Origin: Candidatus Brocadiia bacterium | GTDB lineage: Bacteria > Planctomycetota > MHYJ01 > JACQXL01 > JACQZI01 | Length of the DNA stretch: 64,000 nucleotides | Direction: 5' to 3' | Assembly: GCA_020051675.1 (NCBI GenBank) | Contig: JAGVQN010000085.1 | Location: 8,170-72,169 of the forward strand | Shown: one piece after another, positions 35,448 through 50,400 of the stretch | Numbering within the stretch: position 1 is the stretch's first letter | How the letters are laid out: every line of letters begins with the position of its first letter | Translations under genes and position numbers: made by a program | The notes under the pieces: model-generated | The model's input: the letters and a program-made list of their open reading frames with translations, nothing else | Told to the model about the DNA's origin: nothing | The model's database searches: none

Positions 35448-38400
35448 ATGAAAAACAGCGCCCTATTATTAGCCTTTTTAGCCGTGATTATCCTCATTCC
35501 GTCAACCGTTTTTGCCTTTGAATCCGAGCCGCCCCCGATTGTCAAAAAGGCGCAGTTCGAATCGGTTAAAGACGGCGTTTGGAGCGACCAGAATACCTGG
35601 GATCCGATAGGCGTGCCCGATACCGGTGATACCGCGACCGTAAAGCATACCGTAACGATTAACGGCAATGTCAAATGCGGTAATGTTACGGTAAATGCAA
35701 CAAAAACCCTGACGATAATGGGTCCCGCTTCGCTTACTATTGATAGCGGTTCGCAGATTGTCAATAACGGGACGTTTGTGGTAAACGGCGCGGGCGGATT
35801 GGCAGAACTCACTTCAAACGGACTTGCAAGTTTTACGATAGCGGGTGCGAGCTGGAACGGCACCTGCGGATTTACTAATTTTTCCTATCCTTTTACCCTT
35901 AATACGACCCCTGCTACTTTCCAGGTCGGCAAATTCGGCAATCTTACTATCGGCGCTTTCACGGTTGGAAGTAACGTCAATCTTAGCGGTTATCTTATTT
36001 CAACCGGCCAGATTAACGTTATCTCCACTCTTAATATGGGCGGAAATTCTTTGACCGCCGGCGCCGGCATCTCGACCAGTTCCGGCAGCTGGATTACCGG
36101 CGGCGGTACCATCAACTGCAACGGCGGCATGTTTAATATTTCCGGGCGGGTGGATTTATCGCCCGGTTCGATTCTTAATATGCCCGGCGGCGCTTCGGCA
36201 AACGGGCAATACGGGATAAGCGTCTATGGAACCGGCTGCGTTTCTGCCACCGGCTCCGCGGGAAATTTTGTCTATATCAATAAATCAGGCACGTATTATC
36301 CGTATATTTATTTACAGGATGCCTCAAACTGCCTGTTTGATTATTGCTCTATCACCGGATTTGGCTCGTCTTCCGCCACTACAACCTCAGGTATATATGC
36401 GGCATCGGTAGATGGGAATGCCAGCCTTAGTATGGGCGCAGGGAATGAAGGATTAACCATTAAAAACTGCACCATCCGCGACGGAAATTATGGCGGTATC
36501 TGGCTCGCTACTTGTACCGGCAACATAATAAGCGCTAACACCATCTACAATTGCCCGGAATGGGGAATCAAGGTAGGAAACAGCCAGGCCGGTAGCAATA
36601 ATCATCAAATAGGTAATAATACTATTTATAATTCAACTTCAGGAACGAACGGATACGGGATAGGGTTGTACACTACAGCCGCCGATAATTGTTTTTCTTC
36701 TTTTCCGATTAGTAACACCACGATTTACAATTGCCGTTACGGGATTACCGCCACAGGTGTTAGCGGAACGGGCGCTAATACCGTGGAGCAGATTTTCAGG
36801 GATTGCAGCCTGGGAACGCTCGGGCAGAATTCTGTTGCCGATGTCGGCTTTGGAGTGAGTGTTACTAACTGCGGGCTTAGGCTGGAAAATTGCGTTCTGG
36901 CAAGCCCGACCGAAGTGGAAGCCACCAATATAGATTCTAACGACGACCGCATCGTTTCTTACAGGCACGATAATGTCCCGGGGTTGGTCAGGGTCTGGGG
37001 CGACTGGCGCCCGACCGACGCCGGACAGCTTATCCTGATAAGATACGATACGGCTTTGGTTGCCGGCGTGACCAACGATGCCAATATCCAGAAGATAGTT
37101 GAATTCGGGCCGTGCGCGGCGGCAATGGCGCCAGTCGGAGGCACTACGTATGGGACCAGGGGCGTCAGCCGTTTCAGGACCGGCACACTGCAAAACGGCG
37201 CCGGGATAGAATTCGTCGGCATCACCACGCCTAACTGGGCGCCGGTTTTAGTCCGTTCAGTCGGCGATAACACCTACTCTATTTTAATCGAAGGAAGCGG
37301 GCTAAAGGCCTGCAAGTTTTCCGCCTATGCCGCGGAATTCCAGAATATCAGCGGCACATTAATTTCTTCCACCGGATATCTTGCCCCTACTTCTGTTGGC
37401 GGTTATCTTTCACTGGATTACTGCACTTTTAAGAATACTTTTGCCGGCGCGACCCGGCACATTGCCCTGCAGGAAGGCGGTAATGTCATTACCCGCAGTT
37501 ACACGACATTTGATACCTCGGCGACGTATGATGTCCGGGTGGATAATAATACTAATATTACATTCACTAATTTTATCAATTCCCGTGCAAATACAGCGGA
37601 TGAAAACGAGCCAACTGGCGGGACAGTGGCATGGTCAAATCCGGGAAAGACCTATTACGCGGTTGCTACCTTTACGTGGGATAATCCGCTTACCTGGAGT
37701 TTAAGTCCCGGTGGCCCAAGCAATGTCGGACCGCCGACCATTAATGATAACGTGGTCATTACGGCGTATACCGTAACAATCTCTACCGCGCCCGGCACGG
37801 TTTCCTGCACGAACCTGACGGTCAGCGATGCCGGTGTGCTAAGATTCAACCCTACTGTTGCGGCCCGTTCATTGATAATAAAAAATGGCGGGATTATATC
37901 AAATACCGGCACGATTAATTTCCAGAGTAACGTGAATCCGGTGACCATTACGGCGCAAACCTTAACTAATCCAAGCATGGTGATATATAAAGGGAATGAT
38001 TTAACCTGGTTAGCCGGGTTAAACCTGGTTCTTGCGGGGATAGATTATCAGCGAGCGATGAATCCAAGCGCGGCCGTAGGTATTACTTTTAGCGGCAATA
38101 TGCAGACCCAGACCGTAACCGTCACGAATGACAGTAACCTGACGCTTGACGGCGGCGGGACTTCTATTTCCTGGACCGCGCTGGGCGATATATACGTCGG
38201 CACAGCCGCCACCGCCGGCACTTTGCAACTCAAGCCTGAAACCGGGCTCAAGATTCTATGCGGCTCTAACGGGCAATACGGCCTGATTGTGGATTCGCTG
38301 GGCACTTTGACCGCCACCGGAACAGCGGCCGGCGACCGCGACTGCCGGATTACCTCTGCGTCTTCTTTCCGCTCGTATATATATTGCATGGCAGGCTCGC

Positions 38401-41400
38401 TTTCCAAATTCCAGAACTGCGAGATTTATGAGTTGGGATATAACCAAGGGTCGCCTTATACAAAAGACGGATTATTCGTTGAAAATGTTAATAATGCCGT
38501 CGCAGGACAAGGACTTACGATTGACTCCTGCAACCTGCATCACTCTTACGCCGGGTTTATGAGTAATGCCATCACCAACGCATCTATTACCAACTGCAAT
38601 GTTTACAATAACAGTTGGGTTGGGGTATATTTGTGGGCTTCTTCTTTCGCGGGCAATACCTTCAATACCGTAACTAATAGTGAATTCTATAATAATGGAT
38701 GGGGGCTTTTGGTTGGCTATAGTAATAAGAATACCTTTACTAACAATACCGTGCATAATAACTATAGCGGCGGGTTATACGAGAATTGCTGTGGTGATAA
38801 CACGTGGACAGGCGGTTCATCTTACGGTAATACCATGTATGGTGTAACAATAATTAATACACAATATAACGGGGTCTATACACCAAGTACATTTACTAAT
38901 ATCCAGTTTGGTAACCCCACTGCCAATAGCATAGGTGATGTGAGGCTGTCTACAACCGCTTCTGATATTACTTATGCCGTCTTCCAGAATTGTCTTTTCA
39001 ATAGCACGAATGAAGTGGTTTGGCTAAACCCAACCGCTGTGAAAGCCGGTTCCTATCTCATCTCCTATAGGCACGACCAGGTAGCTGGAGCAATCCGTAT
39101 CTTTGGCGATTATGTCCGTTCAGCCGGTACAGAGGATTGGAATTTTACCGACCCTTATACAGGTACCGCATTAGACGCCAATACCGCCAAGACCATCACC
39201 TTTATGGCCGGCCCAAGCGGGCTTAACGGCGGGACATCACGTTTCAGATTGGAAACCGGCGCTACGCTGGACATGGCTTCCGGGAACACCACGCCCGTTA
39301 ACATCACCTCAGTCAAGGCGTCCGCTGGATTGTATTACAACATGATTCTTACCGGAACGGTTAACGCCAATTGCTATAAGTTTGAAAATGTCGGATACGA
39401 TGCCGCCAACTCCAATTACGGGCTGGAAATCCGCTCGCCCGCGGCAAATATTACCCTGACCAACGGCACTTATGCCAACTATAAATCAGACAGCCAGTTC
39501 CTCTATTTCAATAACACCGCCACCTTCGGCGACAACTTAACCATAAGCGGATGCTCCTTTGATAATTCCGCCTGGTATGATGTCTGGACCAATATCGGCG
39601 CGGCGCAGTATATTACCTTTACTAATTACAGCAACGATTACCCGAATACCAAGGACTATGAACAGCAGGGCTATGCGGACTGGCTTGTCACGGGCGCGTG
39701 GACGACCGCAAAAGACGGCAACTGGTGGGAACCGCAGACATGGAACAACGCCTCGGTCCCGCCCGACTGGACGGATGTAACCATTAACCACGCCGTAAAC
39801 GTAACCGGCACGGTCAAGACCGGAAACATTACAATTAACTCCGGCGGCTTGGGACTTAACGGCGCGGCGCAGAATACCACACTCCAGGTCTTGGCCGGAA
39901 TGACGATAACCAATAACGCTTCAATCAGCGTTACGAATGATACCAATACAGTAAAACTTACTTCGTCCGGAGTAGGCTTCCCTGATTATTTTATCTTTAC
40001 AGGCAACCCTATAAATTTAAACAGTAAGAGTATGACCATAGGATTATGCCAGTCTCAATCGGTTATTACCGTGCCAAACCTTTCCGTCCTGACCATAGAT
40101 AACGATTTACGGACGATTACTACGACTATTCAGGCAGGCGGTGAATTGAAGCACCAGACCTCCGGCAAGGAATGGAGCGCAAGCGGTAATATTTCCGTGT
40201 CAGGGATATTACGCCTGGGTAACAACACCCTGACCAGGATTAACTGCTTAAGCGTAGACGGGCAATATGGGATAGAAGTAAATGCAGGTGGTTATTTTGA
40301 AGCATTGGGTACTTCAGCTGATGCCCGTGATTGCCAGATTTCAAACGGTGGTCCCAGCACCTATAAGCCTTACATATATCTAAAAGACCTGTCCGGGACA
40401 TTATTAAGATATGTAACGGTTTCCTATGTTGGGACCAGCACGGCAACAAGCAAGTTCGGTATATATGCGCAAGCGGTGGATGGGCAGAACCCGGCACAGG
40501 GTGTGGAAGGCTTGCTGATAGAAGCCTGTAATATTTATAATTGTTATACAGGTATTGTTTTGGACGGCTGTTCCGGCAACAGGATAGCCCGCGACGGGGC
40601 AGGCAACGCCTCCTGGGTCCACGACAACTACGACGGCATCAGGATTATGGGCGGAACGAACCTGACCACGATAGAAAAAACCTATGTCTATTCGCAGACC
40701 AACATCGCGCTTATCCTGGACGGAGGGACAATCACCCAGACCCTGAGCGATATGTGGATAAGCAAAAATAAATACGGCTTGGGGCTTTACCAATCAGGGA
40801 CGGATGTGCCCAGGGATATGGTAATAAACTCTGTGATTACCTCGTCAACCACAGCGGATATTTATTGCCAGCCGGGCACGGCTCACGAATTAATTTTGCG
40901 CAATACGGCATTAAGCTCGACCAATGAAATAGACCCGGCGGCGTTGCCTTCCGTTGTAGGCGCATGGATAATCTCCCAGATGCACGACCAGATTCCCGGC
41001 CGGACCGTTATTTGGGGCGACTTTTCGTCTTCAGCCCTTGGCAATCCCCTAAAGTTTAACTATGCGGATGCCAGTTACCCCGGCGCCGGCGACGCCAATA
41101 CCCGGAAGTCTCTCTTGTTTGGCCCGTGCAGTATTGTCGCCAGGGATAACGAATCTCTGATTAATATTGATTCCAATTCGGTTTTACAACTTAAGGGTGG
41201 GATGGGTTTGGCGCAGGCTACGCAGGTGACGACATATACCGGCGCCACGCGGTTTCGATCAATAGAAGTATACGGCACGATAGATGCTAATAACGTTATT
41301 ATCTCCGGCCATGACAGCGCCGGGGTGCGGGTTAATGCAAGCGGAACAATAGCTGATTTTGCAAATATTACTTTTACGAATAGCGGGACCGGAGGCGCGC

Positions 41401-44400
41401 GCCATCTCCATATCGTTAACGGCCAGAGCAAAACCATCGATGGTTGTTCATTTGACGATTCTAATACGGTCGGCAAAGATATCGACGTGTCCGACAACGG
41501 GGTCAACCCGACGATTATTACCTTTACTAACTATACCAATACCGCGCCCGGTTCAAAGGATGCGGAAAGCGGTAGCAGCCGGGCAATCTGGAAAAGCACC
41601 ATCGCCCTTTTTAACCCAGAAACAATAATGCCGGGGACGATCTATCAGGGCGATGCCAATGTCGGAATGTTAAAATTCAATGTCGCGCCTTCTTTGCCTG
41701 CCGGTGCCGTCTGCAGTGAAACCCTGCTCACTTATGTCGCCGTGACGCTGACCGGCGGAGGCGCTTTCAGCGATTCAGATATCAGCGCCGTCAAGATATA
41801 CCGGGATACCGATGCAAGCAATAGTTTTGACCCGACCAAAGACACATTAATTTCTACCCCAGTCTCATTCACCGGTTGGTATGTAAATATCCCCTTGGTC
41901 CCGGCGCAGGACGTTCTCACCGGCACCAATATGTTTTTTGTCGCGTATGACATATCAAGGACGGCCGGTCCGGTGACAATCGGCGCACGTTTAGTGGATA
42001 ATAATTATTTTACGGTGAGCGCTCCTCATGATAAAGCGGTTCTATCGCAGTTTACCGCAGGTCCCGTGGGGATTACGCCGGTAGACTGGAAATCCGACCT
42101 GCAATTAAGGAAAGATCCGGCCGACGGATGGACAGGTAACGATATTTATACCTTGGACGGGCAGAACGAAAATATCATTAGCAATACAGTCAACACCCTG
42201 GTCGCCTCATATTATATCAGGATAGAAAATGACGGCGGCTTGCTTGGTAACTTTTCTGTTACCGGCGATGCCGGCTCGGCAGGATGGTTCGTGACTTATT
42301 ACAGCGCTATCAGCGGCGATATAACTTCCGGTATAACAGGTCCGGGTATTTTATTGAATCTTGCTAATGCTGCAACGTGGGATTTTACCGTTGGTTTGGA
42401 ACCGCAGGGGCAGGTAACCGGCGCATCAAAGGCGCTGAAAATCTGGTCCAGGCCTAAAGATGAAGCGGCAACAACATTACAAGACTTGGTTAAATGCACT
42501 ACTTATATTTATTCCAATCGTTCTGACTTGGCGGTAAAAGCGCAAGGTGGCAGTTACTCGACGGACGACACCTTTGACCCGCCTACCGAACAGAAACTTT
42601 CCGCGACTATAAACAAGAATACCATGGTTACTTATTATGTCCGGATACAAAATGACGGTACGGCGAACGACCAAATCACCGTCACCGGCACATCAGCCGC
42701 TTCGCTCGGGACAGGCTGGACGGTAAGATACTACGACTCCGGCAATACGGATATCACCACCAACATGACTAATGGATTAGGGTGGCTTAGTCCTGTATTA
42801 ACTTCAACCGGCACGACGGAAATCCGTGTTGAAGCGACCGCGACCGATACCGCGGTTGCCGGCACATACACCATCATCGTATATGGGCAATGCAACGGGG
42901 CGCCATCCAGGCAAGACCAGGTTAAAATTGCTTTGACTGTCAATTCTGTTTATAAAGCTGATGCAATGGTCAAAAAAGGAACGGAAGACGATTCTCAATA
43001 CTTAACCGACAACATAGACGAAACCATCCCCGCCGCGCAGGTTAAAAACACCTCTATTAGTGTCGGCGGAATTGCTTCATATTATATTAAACTGCAAAAT
43101 GACGGCAACGTAACGGATAACTTCACCATAACCGGCACGAATGCCTCACAGGGCGTTACCGGGGGTACATGGTGGGTAACGTATTATTATGGAACGGTTG
43201 ATATAACCTCGGATGTAATCGCTAATAAATGGCTTTCCCCTCCGGTAGCCGTTGGCAGCAATATTGTTTTAACCGCGTATATATATAACCAAATCGGCGC
43301 CACCGGCAACGTTAAGGACGATTATCTTACCGTCATATCATATAACAATTCTGCCCAAAAAGACGCGGTAAAGATGATAACATCTTGCGGACAGCTCCAG
43401 CAGCCCGATGCGATGGTAAGCAATAATGCGGGGCAGGACGGAAATACGAATGAAACTTACGATACGACGCTTACCCCGACCGCGACCTCTCAGGTAATAA
43501 CGCAAACTGTTCCTTCTTATGTCGTTGTTCCCGGGTCAGAAGTAACCTATTATATTACACTGCAGAACGACGCTATTAATAACGACACCTTTTCCATCAC
43601 CGCGGCGTCCCCGACCGGCGCGGGAACAGGTTCAGGATGGCTCATAACGTATTACACGTATTCCACAATGACGGATATTACGGCAAATGTGCTCAATTAT
43701 GCCGGAGGGGGATACGGCACGCCGTCTATTATCGCTAACGGAGGCGCCATTACCATAACCGCCGTAGTTAGCTATAATTCTGCCCTGGTTGGGACGAACG
43801 TTACCAAAGAGATATATATATATGTAAACAGCGGCGCTAATGCAAGCAAGCGGGACGTGGTTAAATGCGTCGCCAAAACGGCCAATTACCAGCCCGACCT
43901 TTATTCTTCGGCATCAACAGGGGGTACATGGGTGACGGATAACACCTATAGCGCTACTCCGGAGACCCAGATGCAAACAAAGGTTTTTGATAACGGACAA
44001 ACTGTTACGTATTATTACAGGATACAAAATGACGGAACTTATGCCACCGGCGGCGCAAGCTATTCGATTACCGGAACCGATGGTGATGTCGGTTCGTGGA
44101 CAATTACTTATTACTATGACGGTGCGGTTGTTGCCAATGATATGCCTGATCCGTGGGAAGAAATAGATATTACAAACGGTTGGTTACCGGGAAACTTTAA
44201 CGTCGGCGAAACCAAGCAACTGATCGTTCTGATAACGGCGAAGAGTGCAGCCAGAGGAGCCACCGCTAATTTTGACATATACGCTACGCGTATAGAAACG
44301 GGTGAAACAGATACGGCAAGAATTAGAGCACAGGCGCCATCGCCTGATTTATGGATTAACAAAGATAATGGCGCGGTTTGGACAGGTAAGGATAGCTATG

Positions 44401-47400
44401 CGCCTACAGCGCAAATAACCAGCACGCTTACCGCCGGTTCCACGGTGGTTACTTATTATTTTACCTTGGAAAACGAGACCTCGCTTGCGGATACATTCTC
44501 CATGACTGCGAGTGGAACAAGTGGCGCAGGATGGTTCATTACTTATTACGACCAGTCGGCCGCCCCGGGAAACGATATTACCGCGCAGATAACCACTCCG
44601 AATACAGGCTGGCTCGCCGGTAATGTCAATGCCGCCTCCACCAAGGGTATAAGAGCGGAAGTAGAATACAATGCCTACGTCGCTTCCGTAAACCAGACCA
44701 AATCCATTACTATCTATGCTTTTTCCACCTGCCTGCCGGCAGGCACGCCGGGATTCTATGATGCCGTTGCCGGGCAGGTAACGAGCGCTTCTTATAAACC
44801 GGATATGCTTGCCAAAAAGGCGAGTGATGCATACAGCTTCGATAATATTTGGAATTCTGATTCAACCGTCCAAAACCTGTCGGCGACAGTCAGCAATAAC
44901 CAGACAGTAACTTATTACTACAAGCTCGAAAACGAAGGCACATATACCGCCACAAGCTATTCCATCACCGGCCACTCGGGAAATATTGGTAACTGGTGGA
45001 TAACGTATTATACCGACCCGGATGGCGATGGCGGGCAGATAGACGAAAATCCGATTTCTATAACTATGCCGGGATACGCTACGGTGTCGCTTACTCCCAC
45101 GGGCGTGGCGTATTTAAGGGTTAATATATATGTAACCGCGCTTGAAGCGCCCGGGCAAAGCCGCGTCTTTAAGATATACGCCACCAAAACGGATACCAAT
45201 GAGGCGGATTCAGCCCAGATTACCGCGCAGGTGCCGGGCACGGACGCCCTGATTACGTTTAATTATGATCCTGATGTGACATCCTCCACATGGAAGACAA
45301 ATAATGTTTATGAAACCGCTATCCCAAACAGCACGCAGATTGTCAGCCGGACGACCGAGGCAAACACGGCGGTTTCTTATTACATAATGATACAAAACGA
45401 CGGCGGGGCGCTTGATACTATTTCCATTACCGGAATATCATCAGCACAGCTTGGCGCCGGTTGGTGGATTACCTATTACGATTCGTTCGACAGCGTTAAC
45501 GATATTACTGGGCAGGTCATCGGCGGTGGTTATCCGATAATTAACCTGGGCGCAACCCTGACCGCTACCATGCGGTGCGAAGTTTGCTATGACAACGCGG
45601 CCTATATCGGGCAAACCAAGGATGTTTATATCGTGGTAAACTCAACCACAATCGCCGGCTCAAGCGACGTCATAAACGCGCAGATTGTTACCGCGAATTA
45701 TAAGCCTGATTTATTATCTAAACCTGCTGGTGGTGGATATACTGGCAGTGATGGTTATTCATCCGATTCGGCTAACCTAAACCAGGCAACAAATATTAAT
45801 AACTATCAGCTTTTAACTTATTACTATCAAATCCAGAATGATGGTAACTATAATTCGCCTGGTTATACTATAACCGGGGGCGGCAATGCGGCGAAATGGT
45901 GGATAACTTATTATGATGACGGCGCGCTTTTGGAAAACATAAGCGACGATACCCCCGTTACCGGGACAAACGGAGCCGGGCTTGTTACCGGGGCCGGTTA
46001 TTACACCGGTGCGATAACACAAGGGCAATCTAAATATTTGCGCGTTAATGTTTATGTGGAAAATGATTCTGCCGCGGCGAGCCAGACATTTAGGATATGG
46101 GCGACCAAAACAGATACAGGCGAAACCGACGCCGGACAGATAGTAGCTACGGTAACAAATTCTTATACGGTTGATGCGATGTACCAGAAAGCCACCGGCG
46201 GGAGCTACGCTAACACAGACAACGTATACGAAACCCCCGCGCCGACCGGCGATGCCACGCAGAATCAGATAGTAACCAGGGCTTATCCATCAGCGGGGAA
46301 TCCGGTTACTTATTTTGTCAGGCTGGAAAACGAAGGTAATACGGATACTACCTATACCGTAACCGGTGCGGTAACGACATATTCTCTGACAGGTTCGTGG
46401 ACAATCAGTTGTTATAACTCTACCACCGTGTTTAACGGTTCAACCGATATTACAACGGATATCGCCGGAGCAGGCTGGGTCTCGCCCGCAATAGACCGTT
46501 CACCGACATACGGCGGAGTAACCAACTACAAAGACATCACGGTTGTCTTTATTCCGTCGATTGATTTAACCGGAGCATTCAGCTGCACCACCGTAGCGCG
46601 TGCCCGTTCAAACCTGGGAACGGCGCCGGCCGATTCTGTGATTGTCACCACGCTTATGTCAACGGAATATAAGCCCGATGCCGAGATAAATAACGGCGGC
46701 GGATATACGGGAAATAATGTATGGAATACCGACGGGAGCGGCGCGAATAACCAGACCAAAACTACCGACCGCAATGTTGCCGCGACATATAAAGTGCAAC
46801 TCGGCAACGACGGCAATATCAATGAAACCTTCACCATGACCGGCACTTCATCCGCCCAGCTGGGCACCGGCTGGACGGTATCCTATTACAGCGATGCCGG
46901 ATATCTTACCGAAGTAACGAATGATGTTGTGATTACCGGATATGCCACGGTCGCCGTAGGCCTCGGCGCGACGAGCGAAGTCTTATGGATTAAAGTAACG
47001 CCGGATAACACAGTCGCCGGGAACTCAACCGTTACCGCGACCGTTACGGCAATATCTTCCAACGATAATTCCAAGAAAGATGCGGTATCCATGGCGACCA
47101 CGGTTAACAATGCCTATCAGGTGGATGCGCAGATTAACCAGAGCGGCTGGACCGGGGATAACCAATACTATCCTCCGACCGACCAGATAGCCAGCGCCGG
47201 ATTTAACAATAAGCAAACGCTTACATATTATATAAAGATACAAAACGAAGGTAACACCAACGAAACCATTAAATTAACCGGCGAGGGCACCCCGGCCGGC
47301 GACAAATGGATAGTCAGTTATTACGATAACAGCGGTGCCGGCAGGACAGATATTTCGCAGAATGTCATTACGACATTGAATTATACCGTAGCGCTTACCC

Positions 47401-50400
47401 GCTATAACCAGGCCGGATACCAGACAACCGATACGCAAATATGGGCGGAAATAACGGCTTTGACATATACCGCGGGCGCTGAAACATTTGATACCTCGGT
47501 CTGGGCGATAGTCCAGGGCGGGACAGGCAATGAAAAATCGGATAAAGTAATTGCCCGCGCCACCGTAAACAATATTTACCAGGCGGACAGCATGGTGAAA
47601 TTAGGTACGGAAGACGACGGCTCATATTATTACGACGGAGATTATGCCTGGGATCTTACAGGCTCGCCGTATTATGAAACTATGCCGCCGACGAACCAGG
47701 CGAAAAGCGCCAATACGGATAATGTTACCCCGGCTTCTTATTATATCAAGATACAAAACGACGGTAACACCACGGAAAATATAACCGTTACCGGAACGGG
47801 CACTTGGACTGCTGGGACTTACGGTGCGCTCGGTGGTTGGGGCACGGTGACATATTATGATGATACTCCGGCGGTGCCTTCGCTCGCCGGCGGCGGAGCG
47901 GATGTAACCAACTCCGTCCTTAACGGAACTTATACCAAGAGCCTCTTAAGATTCGCCGGTGAATCGACTCCCGACTATAGATTAATTCGTGTCTTGGTAC
48001 ATCCGTATAATACCGCGGCGAGTGATTCGACTTACGATGTCTATGCGATTGCCAATTCAACAGCCGGCGGGGCAACTAAACTGGATGCAATTAAGACGCT
48101 TTCACAGGTAAAAAGCAACTACCGCCCTGATTTGATAGTTAAGCGCGGCGGTTATGGTGATCCGGATTATTTAAGAGACGGCCCTTTGTATTATCCTGAT
48201 GCGGTAGGCGACCAGGTTAAATCGCAAACGCTGACCAACCGCCCGAGCGCGGCAACGGTTACATATTATGTAAAGGTCCAGCAGGATGGCATTCTTAACG
48301 ATGATACTATTTCCATTGTCGGAAACGCCAGCGCCGGCGGATGGTGGGTTTCTTATTATGAAATCGCCAACGAGGCGGAGATTCCCGGAAGCGCGATTAC
48401 AAACGAGGTGACTGTTGACGGCAAGGCGTATGCCCTGACAAGCGGGACGAGCCAGCTGGTCAGGATAATCGTTACCGCGGATATTAATGTAGCGGGCGGC
48501 AATGTCTTCACGGCGACCTTAACGGCGACGTCAAACAAACAACCCGCTAAACAGGACAGGATACTTGCGGTTACGACAAATAATACTTATTATATGACAG
48601 ATGCCTGGATATCTGCTACCGATTCGTCATCGTATACCGGTGATGGGGTTAATGACTACACTCCGCCTCCGGCATTAGCGGCGCACAAAAAGGCATTATC
48701 GGTTTTCGATTTCGCGCCAACCACGTATTACATCAAGGTGGAAAACGACGGAAACGTCGCAGATACGATAACTGTCCAGGGGAATACCGGCAACGCGGAT
48801 TGGGTGGTGTCGTATTATGAAGATACCAACGGTATTTATAACGCCGCTGACCCGGATATAACCGCCTTGGTAATCGGGACAGGCTGGGCGCAGTCCATTA
48901 CCGCCAAAAATACAAAACAAGTCAGGATGTGGATTACCCCGCAACCGACGGCCTTGAGCGGGACGATCTATACTTCGGTTGTTTCTTTGGCGTCAACGGG
49001 AAACCCGGCGGCCGGAGCCAAAGACCATGTCCAGGGGACAACCACAGTGTATGTTACTTCTTACCGCAGCGATATCATGGTCAAGCAGGCGGATACGAGT
49101 TATGCTTCGACTTCCGCATATGAAACAACTCCATCCTCTCAGGTAAGGAGCCAGTTCGTCGGGCGCGGCCAGTACATCACGTATTACCTGAAAATACAGA
49201 ATGACGGAAATGCCGGCGATACGCTTTCCCTGACCGGTACAGGAGCGGATGGCCAGGGGTGGTTCATCAGTTATTACGAGGATAACGGAGTGTTGGAAAC
49301 GTACGAAAACGGCGTTGATATTGATATTTCCTCCAGCGTTTCCGGAAGCGGATATTCTTGGGCTTTGGCGAATGCGGAAACTAAAAATATTATCATTCGC
49401 ATGTTACCGCTTTGGGGCGTGGCTTCCAGCACCTCAAAGACGGTTTACGTTGGCGTTACTTCCTGGGCGAATGCCGGGCAGGATATCTGCCAGATTACCT
49501 CAACCGCCCAGGCGGGATATCAGCCGGATAATTCGATACGCACTTCTGCCGAGGTTTCGTTTACCGGAGATGGCCAATATGCTGTTCCATACTATGGAGT
49601 TGGTAATAGCGGCTGGTTTGGCATAGAGCAATTAAAATCACAAACCATTACCGAAACGGGCAGGACAGTTACATATTATGTTACGGTACAGAATGATAGC
49701 AATACCAATGATTCATTGACCGTGACAGGGACGGCCGGAGACGGCACTGATTGGTTTGTGACTTATTATAATGAAACCGGCGGCGCTAATATCACCGCAA
49801 ATGTGATTAACGGGACATGGACTGCGGGACCTTTGGCCCAAAACGAAGCGGATTCCCGGATTATCCGTGTTGAAATGACCGCGCGGACAGGGCTGGCCGG
49901 GACGAGTTCAAAAACACTGGACATTAAGACATATTCTGTCCAGGACGGAACCAAATATGATACGGTCCGTGCGCAGGCGACGGTCCAGAGCTTCTCCAAG
50001 CCTAATACCCTGGTCAAGGAAGATGCGGATGGCGCATACCTGGGCTCAGGCGATTACAATGCTACGGCCATAAACCAGACCAGGGGCCCGATCAGCGTGG
50101 CGAATTCAGCTGTCGTGACGTATTATACGCAGATAGCCAATGACGGAAACATCGTTGAAGGCTATTCCGTGACCGCGGTAAAGACGGCCGGCTGGTTTGT
50201 CACATTCTACCAGGCGCCGGACGGCGATGATAATGATTCATCGGACGATACGATAATCAATTATGCCTCATCGACCTTTACCTGGAGCACGGGAAACCTT
50301 GCCATCGGAGGCGTCAAATATTTAAGGATTAACGCGGAGCCTTCCAACCAATACGGAAGCGTGCCCCAATATCTATATATAACGGCCTCTTCGACCTCAA

